A DNA stretch of 64,000 nucleotides from Octopus sinensis (Eukaryota). The stretch's first letter is position 1, and each line of letters begins with the position of its first letter. The notes beneath the pieces are model-generated. The model was not told the origin of the DNA, did no database searches, and saw nothing but the letters and a program-made list of their open reading frames with translations. Positions 36,288-49,429 of this stretch are shown here, piece after piece. The position numbers and the translations under genes were made by a program. The stretch covers positions 74,462,001 to 74,526,000 of the forward strand of contig NC_043005.1 in the NCBI RefSeq assembly GCF_006345805.1, in the 5' to 3' direction.

Positions 36288-36502
36288 CGAGGGGGGGGGG
36301 GTTAAAAAATTTCTTGGCTTTGGATACAAGAAAATACAGGAAGATCAGTTAATTATGATTTTATTCAACGTATTCCCGTCTCAGATTTGCCCACTCATTG
36401 CAACGGTCCTTCAGGTCTTCTAAGTTCCATAAAAAGAACTCAGAAGGTTGAGCCTCCAGCCAGACGATACCCTTAGAGCCAACAACTTTTCAGCACCCCT
36501 CG
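36288..36502. mobile_element. mariner-derived MITE
   Basis: TA|CGAGGGGG... and ...CTTTTCAGCACCCCTCG|TA termini; second copy at ~46200-46418. Confidence 0.7.
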
Positions 36503-36623
36503 TACTTCCCATGACTGAACAGGTTTTTCACTGGGTCAATATTTTCTAGGTTGTAGTTCGTTCAAATTTGAGTATTTTGCAAAGAACTCCTCCCACATGA
36601 GCTTTTAAATCAGTGGCTCTCTA

Positions 36624-37003
36624 TAGGCGCAGGAGTGGCTGTCTGGTAAGTAGCTTGCTAACCAACCACATGGTTCCGGGTTCAGTCCCACTGCGTGGCA
36701 TCTTGTCTTCTGCTATAGCCCCGGGCCGACCAATGCCTTGTGAGTGGATTTGGTAGACGGAAACTGAAAGAAGCCTGTCGTGTATGTATATATATATATA
36801 TGTATGTATGTGTGTGTTTGTCCCCCTAGCATTGCTTGACAACCGATACTGGTGTGTTTACGTCCCCGTCACTTAGCGGTTCGGCAAAAAGAGACCGATA
36901 GAATAAGTACTGGGCTTATAGGTACTAGGGGTCGATTTGTTCGACTAAAGGCGGTGCTCCAGCATGGCCGCAGTCAAAATGACTGAAACAAGTAAAAGAG
37001 AGT
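36624..37003 (+). mobile_element. SINE family A, full length
   Basis: TAGGCGCAGGAGTGGCTGTCTGGTAAG ... GACTGAAACAAGTAAAAGAG; partial minus-strand copies at 37120-37411 and ~38090-38250. Confidence 0.9.
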
Positions 37004-37214
37004 AACATTTTGTTTTCATCTATGGATCCCTTTCATTACAATTTTATTCTAGTAGACCCCCCTCCCTAACCCTTCGGCGTTTAAAAACTAGTTTTATACA
37101 TATTTCTTTCTAAATTTCTATTTTGCCGAACCGCTAGGTTACGGAGACGTAAACACACCAGCATCGATTGTCAAGCGATGTTGGTGGTGGTGGTGGGGGG
37201 ACAAACACACAAAC

Positions 37215-37249
<35 letters not shown>

Positions 37250-38042
37250 TACGACGGGCTTCTTTCAGTTTCCGTCTTCCAAATCCACTCACAAGGCTTT
37301 GGTCGTTCCGAGGCTATAGTAGAAGACACTTGCCCAAGGTGCCACACAGTAGGACTGAACCCAGAACCATGTGGTTGGTAAGCAAGCTACTTTACCACAC
37401 AGCCACTCCTGCTGAGAGAAAGAAATCTGTTTCTTGCATGAAACACATCTAAAGCAAAATTTTTTCATGGACCAGTAATATATTACTGTGGGTCCCCAAT
37501 TTACTATTTTGCTAGCGTGAACTCCCCCAAAATCTTTTATGGCCCCGCAGGGTTCAAATACGCCCTGTTGAGAACTCCTGATTTAGATGGCAAATTCCGT
37601 ATATCATACAAATATTTTCTTAATCTAATCAGTTTCTCGCATTCATTTGCTTCTCTTACAAAAACGTGATCATGCAGACCACCCAATTTGCTGTGTATTT
37701 ATTTAGATTTCAGAATCAGTAAGCATATTTTTAAAGGAATTTTGAAGACATATGTTCAACATGTGCTATAAAAGAAATCCTACATAGCACATAAAAATTA
37801 ATCAATAGTTGCCCGAATGGTTACAGCATTATGCAAGATTGGTTGTACTGAATAATGATAAAACAATTGTAAATCAAGTATTAAAATGATTTGGTAACTC
37901 CATATATATATATATATAGCATCATGTTAAACCGTTAATCCTTACACATTTATTTCCCTCTCAATCCTTTCTGCTGAAGAGCATAGGCTCGAAACATCAG
38001 AGACTTTTCCATTCTTCCAGAGTGTTAAACTAATACATCTGT

Positions 38043-38075
<33 letters not shown>

Positions 38076-38785
38076 GTATGTATGTATTACACACGATGGG
38101 TTTCTTTCAGTTTCCGTCTATCAAATCCACTCACAAGGCTGACTTTTATCAGCCCGTAGTTAGAGTATAAGACCCGAAGTGCCCTACTGTGGGATTGAAC
38201 CCAAAACCATGTAGTTGGGAAGCAAACTTCCTTACCACACAGCCACACCCGAACAACTTTTATAATTAAAAGTTTTCTAAAGGCGGCGAGTTGGCAGAAT
38301 CCTTAGCACGGCGGATAAAGTGCTTAGCGGCATTTCGTCCATCTTTATGTTCTGAGTTCAAATTCCGTCGATGTCAACTTTGCTTTTCCTCCTTTTGGGG
38401 ACAATGAAATAAGTACCAGTTACACACTGGAGTTGATGTAATCAACTTAACCCGTCCCAAAAAATTTCAGGCCTTGTGCCTATAGTAGAAAGGATAATTT
38501 TAGGATTTCTAGTCATGACCATCCTGTCTTTTACTTATTGTGTATCTAGGACTGCCTTAAGCATCGTAGCCTTCCTGTTTTAAAACATGACCACGATTTA
38601 GTTGTTATTTCTAGTACATTGAGTGGCCTTAAATGAAAGTTTCCTCTCATCACCCATGGGTGATATGAGCGAGGAGGAACACATATTTGTCTGTGCTCCA
38701 CTGAGTAATGTGTGAACTCACTGAAGTTTATGCCACCAGTTCCGTCTCACACTTTCCATGTATCCTTTCATTATTGGCCTGCTTT

Positions 38786-38999
38786 AAGGCGGCGAGCTGG
38801 CAGAAACGTTAGCACACCGGGCGAAATGCTAAGCAGTATTTCGTCTGTTCTTACGTTCTGAGTTCAACTTCCGCCGATGTCGACTTTGTCTTTCATCCTT
38901 TCGGAGTCGATAAATTAAGTACCAGTTGCGTACTGATATCGATCTAATCGACTGGCCCCCTCCCCCAAAATTTCGGACCTTGTGCCTAGAATAGAAAAG
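38786..38999 (+). mobile_element. SINE family B with TSD
   Basis: 16-bp TSD ATTATTGGCCTGCTTT at 38770-38785 and 39000-39015; another copy at ~38280-38495. Confidence 0.9.
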
Positions 39000-39159
39000 A
39001 TTATTGGCCTGCTTTGAAGAATACATCTCCAAGTGGCAGTCCCTGTAACACACATAATTTCACTATCTTCCGCCACCAGACAGTGAAATGTTGCTTTCAA
39101 ATTTTGGCACAGTATTAGCAACTTCGGGGGATGGGTTAAGTCGATTACATCGACCCCAG

Positions 39160-39384
39160 GCGGCGAGCTGGTAGAAACGTTAGCACGCCGGGCGAAATTC
39201 GTAGCCATATTTCGTCTATCGTTCCGAGTTCAAATTCCGCCGAGGTCGACTTTGCCTTTCATCCTTTCGGGGTCGATAAATTAAGTACCAGTTACGCACT
39301 GGGGTCGATGTAGTCGACTTAATTCCTTTATCTGTCCTTGTTTGTCCCCTCTGTGTTTAGTCCCTTGTGGGTAGTAAAGAAATA
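39160..39384 (+). mobile_element. SINE family B nested in an antisense family B copy (39095-39550)
   Basis: 14-bp TSD TACATCGACCCCAG at 39146-39159 and 39385-39398. Confidence 0.88.
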
Positions 39385-40141
39385 TACATCGACCCCAGTG
39401 CTCAGCTAAGTACTTATTTTATCGAAACCCAAAAGAGATGAAAGGCAAAATCGGCCTCGGTGGAATTTAAATTCAGAACGTTAAGGCGGGCGAAATGCTG
39501 CTAAGCATTTTACCCGATGTACTAACGATTCTGCTGACAGCTCGCCGCCTTTCCGCTGTGTGAAAGCGGAATATAACAGAGGGAGCCTTCATGTGGCTGC
39601 TTGACCTGCTAGAAACAACAGCCAAGTCACATTATACTGACTTAAAAATAGGACATAATGAATAATATATTTTTAGATACATTATTTTTGAAAAGAAAAT
39701 GTGATTACCATAATTGAAATTCCTTGACCCTGATTGAAATCAGGGTTGACTCTGTCTTATTTCACTTTACCAAAGAACAGCAGCCGGCCAAGAGTGGCCA
39801 GGTAGAAATAGCAGCTAAATCTCTTACGACAAATATATAACATATTGGATAAGACAAAGTGGTCAAGGCCCCGACGCCTGCCTACATGTGACTGAATCAA
39901 GGCTAATGAGCAAACACATCATCCTCATCACCACAATCAGTTTAATGTTCAGTTCTCCATTTATTTAAGCCGTTTTATGAAGCACCGTCTTTAGTCGAAC
40001 AGATCGACCCCAGGACTTATTCTCTGTAAGCTTAGTACTTAATCTATCGGACTCTTTTGCCGAACTGCTAAGTTACGGGGACGTAAACACACCAACATCG
40101 GTTGTCAAGCTATAGGGGACAGACACACACACACACACACC

Positions 40142-40156
<15 letters not shown>

Positions 40157-40175
<19 letters not shown>

Positions 40176-43100
40176 TCATCATTATTTAGCGTCCGCTTTC
40201 CATGCTAGCATGGGTTGGACGGGTCAACTGGGGTCTGTGAAGCTGGAAGGCTTCATCAGGCCCAGTCAGATCTGGCAGTGTTTCTACGGCTGGATGCCCT
40301 TCCTAACGCCAACCACTCCGCGAGTGTAGTGGGTGCTTTTCACGTGCCACCTGCACAGGTGCCAGACAGAGCTGGCGAACGGCCACGAACGGATGGTGCT
40401 TTTACGTGTCACCGGCACGGGGCCAGGCGATGCTGGCAACGGACACGAACGGATGGTGCTTTTACATGCCACCAACACGGGGCCAGACAGAGCTGGCAAA
40501 CGGCCACGAACGGACGGTGCTTTTACGTGTCACCGGCACGGGGGCCAGCCGAGGCTGGCAACGGACGCGAACGGATGGTGCTTTTACGTGCCACCGACAC
40601 GGTTGCCAGACAGAGCTGGCAAACGGCCACGAACGGACCGTGCTTTTACGTGTCACCGGCACGGGGGCCAGCGAGGCTGGCAACGGACACGAACGGATGG
40701 TGCTTTTACGTGCCACCGACACGGGGCCAGACAGAGCTGGCAAACGGCCACGAACGGACGGTGCTTTTACGTGTCACCGGCACGGGGCCAGGCGAGGCTG
40801 GCAACGAACACGAACGGATGGTGCTTTTACGTGCCACCGACACGGGGGCCAGGCAGAGCTGGCAAACGGCCACGAGCGAATGGTGCTTTTACGTATCACC
40901 GGCACGGGGGCCAGACGAGGCTGACAGCGGACACGAACGGATGGGTCACTTAAACCCTGCTTTCTGATATATGATTTGATTTTGATTGTTCTCACTGGTC
41001 TTGCTGGGTCTTCTCACGCACAGCATACTTCCATAGGTCTCGGTCTCTGGTCATTTCCTTGGTGAGACCTAGAGTTCGAAGGTCGTGCTTCACCACCTCG
41101 ACCCAGGTTTTCCTGGGTCTACCTCTTCCACAGGTCCCCTCAACTGCCAGGGTGTGGCACTTTTTCACACACCTATCTTCATCCATTCTCACCACATGAC
41201 CATACCAGCGCAATCGTCTCTCTTGCACACAACATCTGATTCCTCTTAGGTCCAACTTTTCTCTCAAGGTACTTACACTCTGTCGACTATGAACACTGAC
41301 ATTACACATCCAACGGAGCATACTAGCTTCATTCTCGCGAGCTTACGCATGTCCTCAGCAGTCACGGCCCATGTTTCACTGCCATGTAGCATGGCTGTTC
41401 GTACACATGCATCATACAGTCTGCCTTTTACTCTGAGCGAGAGGCCTTTAGTCACCAACAGAGGTAAGAGCTCCCTAAACTTTGCCCAGGCTATTCTTAC
41501 TCTAGCCGTTACACTTTCAGCACACCCACCCCCACTACTGACTTGGTCACCAAGATAACGGAAGCTATCAACTACTTCTAGTTTTTCCCCCTGGAAAGTG
41601 ACGGAAGTTGTTTTCTGCAGATTTTCAGAGGTTAATGCTCCCGAGCATCTGCCACATACAAAAACCATCTTCCTAGTTAGCCTTCCTATGACATTGCTGC
41701 ACCTCTTATGTGTCCATAGCTTACACTTGGTGCATCTTATAGAGTTTCTACCTACACCTTTTCTACAGATCGAGCAGGGCCATCTACCTGAAGGCGTTTG
41801 TGATTTGTCTACCTTCCTACTTATTAGGACTTTGGTTTTAGCTAGGTTGACTCTAAGGCCCTTCGATTCTAAACCATGCTTCCACACCTGAAACTTCTTC
41901 TCCAGTTCTGATAATGACTCAGCAATTAGAGCAAGGTCATCAGCATAGAGGAGCTCCCAGGGGCATCCTGTCTTGAATTCCTCCGTTATTGCCTGGAGGA
42001 CTATGATAAATAGGAGGGGGCTGAGGACTGAGCCTTGGTGGACCCCTACCTCTACCCGGAATTCTTCACTGTACTCATTGCCAACCCTCACCTTACTAGC
42101 AGCGTCCCTGTACATGGCTTGCACAGCTCTCACTAACCATTCATCTATTCCTAGTTTCCTCATTGACCACCATATGAGGGATCGGGGGACCCTGTCGAAG
42201 GCTTTCTCCATGTCAACAAAAGCCAGGTACAGGGGCTTATCTTTGGCTAGGTATTTCTCCTGCAGCTGCCTTACCAGGAATATAGCATCAGTGGTACTTT
42301 TCCCTGGCATGAAACCAAACTGCATCTCATCTAAACTAACTCTCTCTCTAATTAGTTGGCTTATGACCCTCTCTGTAACCTTCATCACCTGATCCAACAG
42401 CTTGATACCTCTGTAATTATTTGTATCTAGGGCATCACCTTTACCTTTGTAGCAGTTGACTATTATGCTGCTACACCAGTCATTGGGTATGACTCCTTCA
42501 TGTATCACCTGATTAACTATACAGGTGACTAGGCTATGGCCGACACTACCAGATATTTTGAGCATCTCTGCAGTGATACCTGATGGGCCTGGGGCTTTCC
42601 CTGTCTTCATGCTTCTAATTGCCTTAGCTACTAAGGAACTATCAACCCTGATAGCTGGTCCTCTGTTGGGTCAACGTTCGGCAGACTCTCTTTATCCCAT
42701 TCATTTTCTTTATTCAGCAACCTTTCTTAGTGCGTCTCCAAGCCTCTCTCTTTGCATCCTCGTTTAGCGCAAGTGAACCATCTTCCATGCGAACACACTT
42801 CTCTCCCACCACATCACAATTCTCTCTCTCACACTGTCTTGCAACGCGAAACACCTCCAGTCTTTGGTCCTCACGGCGCAGAACATTGGCAAATTTTTTC
42901 TTATCTGCTTCCCCTCTGGCTAGATAGACCTGTCTCCTAGCTTCCCTTTTAGCAGTCTGATACAATTCCCTGCTACCACCATTCTTCCAGTGCTTCCAAG
43001 TCTCTTTTCTCTAATAGCCCTGTCTACGACACTGTTCCACCACCACGTTACCTTGGGACGAGAGGGGACTTTGCACCAGCCACAGATCTGGTCAGTGGCT

Positions 43101-43464
43101 CTCAGCAGGTTGTCCCTTAGAAACGTCCAGTTGTCATCTACCCCATGTGATACTCTATCCCCTTCTACTTCGTCAAAGGCTTCAAGTAACATGTCTCTAA
43201 ATCTCTGTCCATTCACAGGATCCTTAAGCTTCCAGATCCTTCTTCTCCATGTTGGTCGTCTTCTGGTTGTCCTCCTACTCCTGATCCTAAAGTCACTAAC
43301 TACCAGTCTATGTTGTGGGGTACATTCTTCGCCTGGGAAGGTTTTGGCATTTATAAGTAGCCATCTCTCCCTTTGCCTGGCAAGGATGTAGTCAATTTGG
43401 CTGGTATGTTGGCCCGATCGGTAGGTGACTAGGTGGCTGGTAGGTTTCCTGAAGTTAGTGTTGC

Positions 43465-43465
<1 letters not shown>
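40157..43465 (-). mobile_element. RTE-clade LINE, 5'-truncated, few frameshifts, (TGA)n tail
   Basis: IDYIL..QHRLVV (endonuclease end); KAPGPSGI..EMLK, NYRGIKLL, QFGFMPGKSTTDAIF, FVDMEKAFDRVP, GVHQGSVLSP, LLYADD, FRYLG, RLRWYGHV.RM, RGRPRKTW; stop near 40992; 3' UTR ends GGAAAGCGGACGCTAAATAA(TGA)n. Confidence 0.95.
40357..40945. repeat. GC-rich minisatellite, ~60/61-bp alternating A/B units (~121-bp higher-order repeat) in the RTE 3' UTR
   Basis: A: GCCAGACAGAGCTGGCAAACGGCCACGAACGGACGGTGCTTTTACGTGTCACCGGCACGGG; B: GCCAGGCGAGGCTGGCAACGGACACGAACGGATGGTGCTTTTACGTGCCACCGACACGGG; about 10 units. Confidence 0.92.
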
Positions 43466-43497
<32 letters not shown>

Positions 43498-43844
43498 TAT
43501 ACGACGGGCAAAGGTGGTCTCAGGTAAGTTGGCATCAAAAGGGGTTAAATTAATGAGATTAAAGAACGATATGGCTGTTATTTCTAGCATGTTGAATGAC
43601 CATGCAAAGGACTCCTTGTTGTTATTGTTGATTTTTAGCCCCAAGTCAAGCCTAGTTAAAATTATTCTAGACATCTTTCTTCCCAGGCACAATGCATGTA
43701 GGACTACATTATCCACCATGTCCTTTCCTAAACTAATAGAGTCTGTTTGAGAGAGATATAGCAAATGTTTCTGCCAGGTTAAGCAACCATGTAATTAGCC
43801 CCATCAACAACTCATTATTGACACTGTTAATTATTTTGAATAAC

Positions 43845-44228
43845 AATAACTCTGAGCACCTTTTCAAACTCCACCCGTCTAACACCCGTGGACATATTTA
43901 CAAAGTCAGAAAACAGCACAGCTCCCATGACTTCAGGAAACATTTTTTCACGCTGAGAGTTGCTGAAGAATGGAACAAACTGCCGGCATCAGTTGTTAGT
44001 TGTCGGAGCACTGCATCCTTCAAAACTTCCATGCTTCCTGAGATTCGCCAACACTACACCTGATTTTCTCCCCTCCATACACACACAAGCATGTATCTGA
44101 CTCATACATTGTTCACTTTCCAGACATTTGTACATTACTGCATGTACTTTACATGCACTTTCTGACAAGTTGTGGTGCACCTGAGCACTGTATACAATAA
44201 TTTCATTATTATTATTATTATTATTATA
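43845..44228 (+). mobile_element. CR1-group LINE 3' end with (ATT)n tail
   Basis: NTRGHIYKV......FRKHFFTLRVAEEWNKLP; same family as 5690-6125. Confidence 0.85.
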
Positions 44229-47200
44229 ACATTTTACATTTGATTAAATGGACTATTTAGGGCACAAATGCTTGGTAGGGGTTCCTGCAGTAAAACTCTG
44301 ATGGTGTTTGGTGGTTTCAGAACAACAAAATACTGAAGGTTTGATTATCATTGGGTGGTACACTTTCTAGAGAGGGAACCAGAACTGAACCTTAGTGAAT
44401 TTGGTACCCTAAACAAGGGTGGTTCAACCCTGGTACCAGTCATTTGATAGGAACCAAATTGAACTGAAATTTATAGGTACAGGTGTGGCTGTGTGGCAAG
44501 AAGTTTGCTTCCCAATCACATGGTTTTAGGTTCAGTCCCACTGTGTGGCACCTTCAACAAATGTCCTATACTATAGCCATGAGCTGACCACAGCCTCATA
44601 AGTAGATTTAGTAAATAGAAACTGAAAAAAGCCCCTCATATATATATATATATGTGTATATATATAATTTTAAAATAGGATAAAATCTTTATAAGAATTT
44701 TATCAAGTAGTTAGCATAAAAAACCTCATAAGAGAAAAAAATCCACCAATTTTTTCACTTTAATATATTTATATTATATAGAGGGCATTTATGTATAGTA
44801 ATGCCCTCTATATAATATATATATATACACACACACACGTTTGACTTCAACCACTGTTGGTTTTTTTTTATGTCTGTAACTTAATGGCTCAACAAAAGAG
44901 ACCAATAGAAGAAGGACCGAATTTTAAAAAATAAGGATTGGGGTCAATAACTTTGACTAAACCCTTCAAGATGGTGCCCCAGCATGATCGAAACAAACCA
45001 GTGGCCTAGAGAGAGAGATGTACACAACAACACTACAAATATCCATATATACATATATAAATATATAGAGAGAGCTGATATACAGATAAATGAGACTTAT
45101 TTATACACCCACGCACACACACATAAACACATATGCACACATACACACACATGTAAACTTAGTGATTGGCAGTAATGAATATGAGGGTGGAATGGTTGAA
45201 GTTCATATGGTTATTTACAAAACAGCAACTGGAATAATTTGAACAACTTTTCTGTACACACACACACACACACACATATACATATTTACATGCAATAAAC
45301 AAAAAAAAACCCCCTCAAAAAACACGTAATCCCACATATTCTGACACGTTAAGAAGGCATTCACATAGTTTTGATATAAGGAGAAACAAAACATGGAGCA
45401 GACTGAACCTATCTCCTATACTATTCCAGCATTCTCTGAATTCTGATTCAATGCTGTAGAGTATTGCCAGGAATTCCAAACAAAACACTTGTTAACAAAT
45501 TAAAATCATGTCTGTTATTCGGTCTTTAATTATGATTTGTTTCTGGTTGTTTTTCCTTCTTTTTTTTTTTAATATATTTTTTAATGTACATTTTGCAAAA
45601 AAACACCATATTGAATATCTTTAAAAAAAATCCCAAGATAAAATAATTAGTTTACTACTTATTACTACAAAACAGATGCCAAAGTGATGTAACCTTCCCC
45701 AACACCATCCCTGATTCCACTCACTCCAACACACATGAATCTCAAAAAAAAAAACGAAAGGAAGAAATGTTTTTGATAAATTTTCAGTTATTTTATTTTA
45801 TAACATTTTTAGATTTTATGCACACTCACACACATGTTCATATAAACAAATATATACGAGTAACCATTTATACACACATCAACTAGGCTGCTGGATGTTG
45901 TTATTATACACTGCTGGTCACAATGCGTTTCCATGTATTGTTATAGCATTTGAATGATGCCTAGGCAGGCAAACCAACATTCACCCTGGATGGAACACCT
46001 GTCCTTCGTAGGGCTACCCACTTACAACTGTGTGGACTGTAACAGTGTCAAAAAACTTTGTCAAAGATATGCAAGCAGGTCACTAACACAGTTCAAGTCA
46101 TAGGGTACCTTAGAAATGCCTGAAAAATGAATCTAATAGTACATGTGGGTTTTAAATGGTTATCGTTATTCATCATGATTTATGATTGATATATATGTAC
46201 AAAGTGGGTGCTGAAAAGTTCCTGACTTTAGGTTAAAGAAAATACAAGCAGATCAGTTAATTATGATTCTATTTAACATAATTCCCTCTCAGATTTGCAC
46301 ACTTATTGCAGTAGTCACTCAGTTTTTCTAAGTCCTGAAAAAGATCTTGGAAGGCTGGGTCTCCATCAAGGCCTTTCATGAAATCCTTTAAAGTCAGGAA
46401 CTCTTCAGCAACCCCTTGTGTGTGTGTGTGTGTATATCTATCTATACATCCAGTATTTACATGGATACATATACAATGGAACAAACTGTTGATAACTAAG
46501 TCTGTCAATGCATAAAATTCTTAGACACACAATTATATAAAATACCAAAAGGAAACAAACAAACAAACAAACAAAAACAATATAACAGTATGTGTGTTTG
46601 AAAATGGCCCTCATTACTCAAACAGGATTTTAAATAAATTAGGAGTCATTAATTAAACTACACAGTGTTGTGAAGCCATCTACAGTGTAAGAGATCGGGA
46701 GTGTTGTGTGTTCCACCCACCTAGAATAATAAAGAAAAAATTTCACACACCTTACCCCAACAAACCAAACTACATCACTTCCTCACGTTTCCTCTTTTTC
46801 AAGCACTATGCTTATTTCTCATCACTGTATCATTGCTATCCTGTTGTCCCCCAACTCTTCTATATACCCATGTTTCACCAGTCACTGCAGTGCTAATGTT
46901 TTTTTTAAATGGCCCTCATTACTCAAACAGGTTTTTAAATAAATTATGAATCATTAACTAAACAACACTGTGTTGTGAAACCATCTACACAGAAAAATAG
47001 TTAAACAAGAGCAGCTGCATGCGAGTGGTGCTCATGGAAATGAAGGGATAGTGACTCCAAAATATACAGCAATTACTTACTGCTCCTGAATACAGAAAGA
47101 CTATCAGTTCCTAAGATAGTCCAGTCCACACTTTACAGACTTCCATGGTTCATTGCTCAAGTGTTTATCATCACTTTGTGCAGTATCCAAGTGAATGAGA

Positions 47201-48016
47201 CTTAAACCCTGCTCAGAACAGTTTGGCAGTTTCCCATTTTATGGTAACACTTGAACTATTGAATTCAGTACTCTGAATATGAACTGGTGATCAGTAAAAT
47301 AGTGCAGCTACAACTTAAATTGGTAGATTATATTGCACTACATTTTAGTTAGAGAGCCCTTCTCTATGGGGTCAAGCGACCTGTTAGAAATAGCAACTGA
47401 ATCTCCTTAAAATCAAACGCTCTTACATATTGGGTAGTCTGAAGAAGAAAAAAAACTTAAAAGAATTCCTTTGATTATATCTGCTTGAACAGATCTCACA
47501 GTAATAACTAATGAATCTTAGGACATTTTGTTGTTATTTCTAGCAGCTGTTACTCATACAACCACATAGAGCCCTTCCTCTTTGGTTGGTTGTGTACTAT
47601 CCTACTTTGGACATAGACACTCATGCATTTCATCAACAATCATCAATCTTTATTGTTAATCCACATCAAATTATTTCAGTCAAATACACTCATCCATTCA
47701 CTGAATACCTTAGATACTCAGCTAGACTGGCATAAAGGGAAAGACTGAGCACAATGAGTTACCTGCATCAAAGTACCCAGACAGCACCTCCCGTTTCATC
47801 AATAGGAAAATTACTTGACCATTCTATGTTAATAGAGATATTGATGCACAGGTAACCCAACGTAAGATTTTAACAATAGATCAACCACTGCATGATGGGA
47901 AAAGCACTTGGAACTGATCGACCAATTATTGCTCAAGTCTGCTTTGTGTGGCATTAAAACTGTAGTAGAAAAAGTGGTACTCAAACACTGGACAGGTGTG
48001 GTGCAAGCTTTCTTCT

Positions 48017-48028
48017 TCACTCAGTTTT
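48017..48028 (-). CDS. CENPI: CENP-I probable last coding exon (KTE*)
   Basis: Acceptor TTTCGTTTTAG then AAA ACT GAG TGA, in phase 0 with the previous exon. The alternative is read-through of the previous exon (VSFSSS*). Confidence 0.5.
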   Translation of the reverse strand, partial: KTE

Positions 48029-48534
48029 CTAAAACGAAATAAAATGAAGAAATGATTTCAATAAATTGCTGTCCAAAACAAGAGGGACTTGGTCATAAAG
48101 GTTAATCAAAAACTGATTGAATACCCATGGCATTTACCCATAACCCTTTAGCATTCAGATTGTCTTGCCAAATGTAATCCTCACTTATTCACGTTGTTTT
48201 CAATTAATCATACATTATCTTGCACCTTTGACATTTCAATGATTTGATTGTTTATTTTTAGAATAACATTGAAGGGTTGAAGTCAGAGAGGCTGGATCTC
48301 ACGAGTTTCATGATAAAACAAGTAGAATTTTGGTCTGGATATGGCTGGTTTGAATGCTAGGTAGGCAAGCTCTAAATTATCCTAAATGGATAATTTAAAG
48401 CTTGAAATATTTAAATATTTAGTAGCAACAACATTAATAAAATTAGAGGTTCAAGAATTGTGAAGTAATGCTGCTTAGTTTTAATTGAAAAGACAAAAAT
48501 ATTACCAAAAAATTACCAAAAAAAAAAAATTACC

Positions 48535-48702
48535 AGGCATAGGAGTGGCTGTGTGATAAGTAGCTTGCTTACTAACCACATGGTTCTGGGTTCAGTCCCA
48601 CTGTGTGGCACCTTTGGCAAGTGTCCTACTATAGCCTTGGGCCGACCAAAGCCTTGTGAGTGGATTTGGTAGATGGAAACTGAAAGAAGCCCGTCGTATA
48701 TA

Positions 48703-48743
<41 letters not shown>

Positions 48744-48920
48744 CTGTCCTCCCAACATCGCTTGGCAACCGGCACAACCGATGCTGGTGTGTTTACGTCC
48801 CTGTAACTTAGCAGTGCAGCAAAATAGACCGATAGAATAAGTCCTGGGGTTGATTTGCTCGATTAAAGGCAGTGCTCCAGCATGGCCACAGTCAAATGAC
48901 TGAAACAAATAAAAGAGTAA
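48535..48920 (+). mobile_element. SINE family A
   Basis: Matches the family A consensus; further copies at 52017-52618 (+, interrupted), 53598-53979 (-), 54403-54790 (+), 59866-60235 (+), 60526-60890 (+) and 44475-44990 (+, interrupted). Confidence 0.88.
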
Positions 48921-49348
48921 AAAAGATGCAGGTAAAACATTTGTCAAGTTGTAAATACTGGTTTTACAAAAGATTTCACCTTCTGCCTTCGTTACTCTTT
49001 CTGGAATATATCTATTGATTCAACAAATTGATGTAAAAAGCATTGGTGATGGTGCCACGTCAAAAGCAGCCAGTACACTCTGTAAAGTGTTTGACATTAG
49101 TTTTAGCTTGTTGAGGAAATGACAACCTCTCTTGTGCTGGTGCCAGTACACTGTGTAAAGTAGTTGGTGTTAAAAATGACATCCAATCAAAGAAACTGCC
49201 AAAATTAGAACATATCAGAAAAGTATGGGCTCTGCCTCCACCCCACTCAACCTGTCTGAATAAGAACTAACAAATTGATGACCCAAACAGGTGCCCTAAT
49301 ATATATTAGGGTGTTTGTGAGCAGTTATTAAGAAGAAGAGAAACTTAC

Positions 49349-49429
49349 TGTTTGCAACCGAGAAATGAAATCAGTTAAACCTCCCAATTCTTGATCACGC
49401 AGAAACTGGAAATATCTTTTCCGGTTTAT
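49349..49429 (-). CDS. CENPI: CENP-I exon (INRKRYFQFLRDQELGGLTDFISRLQT)
   Basis: TTTTTACAG acceptor, GTAAGT donor, 81 nt, phase 0-0; resembles the vertebrate CENP-I C-terminal YLxYL..QGL.GL..FI segment as recalled. Confidence 0.85.

Noticed and set aside
40357-40945. CRISPR-like array, or a repeat protein from ORFs 40215-40967, 40333-40953 and 40406-40924
   Set aside because: Units are contiguous with no unique spacers, there are no cas genes and the context is eukaryotic; open frames follow from a stop-free repeat unit.
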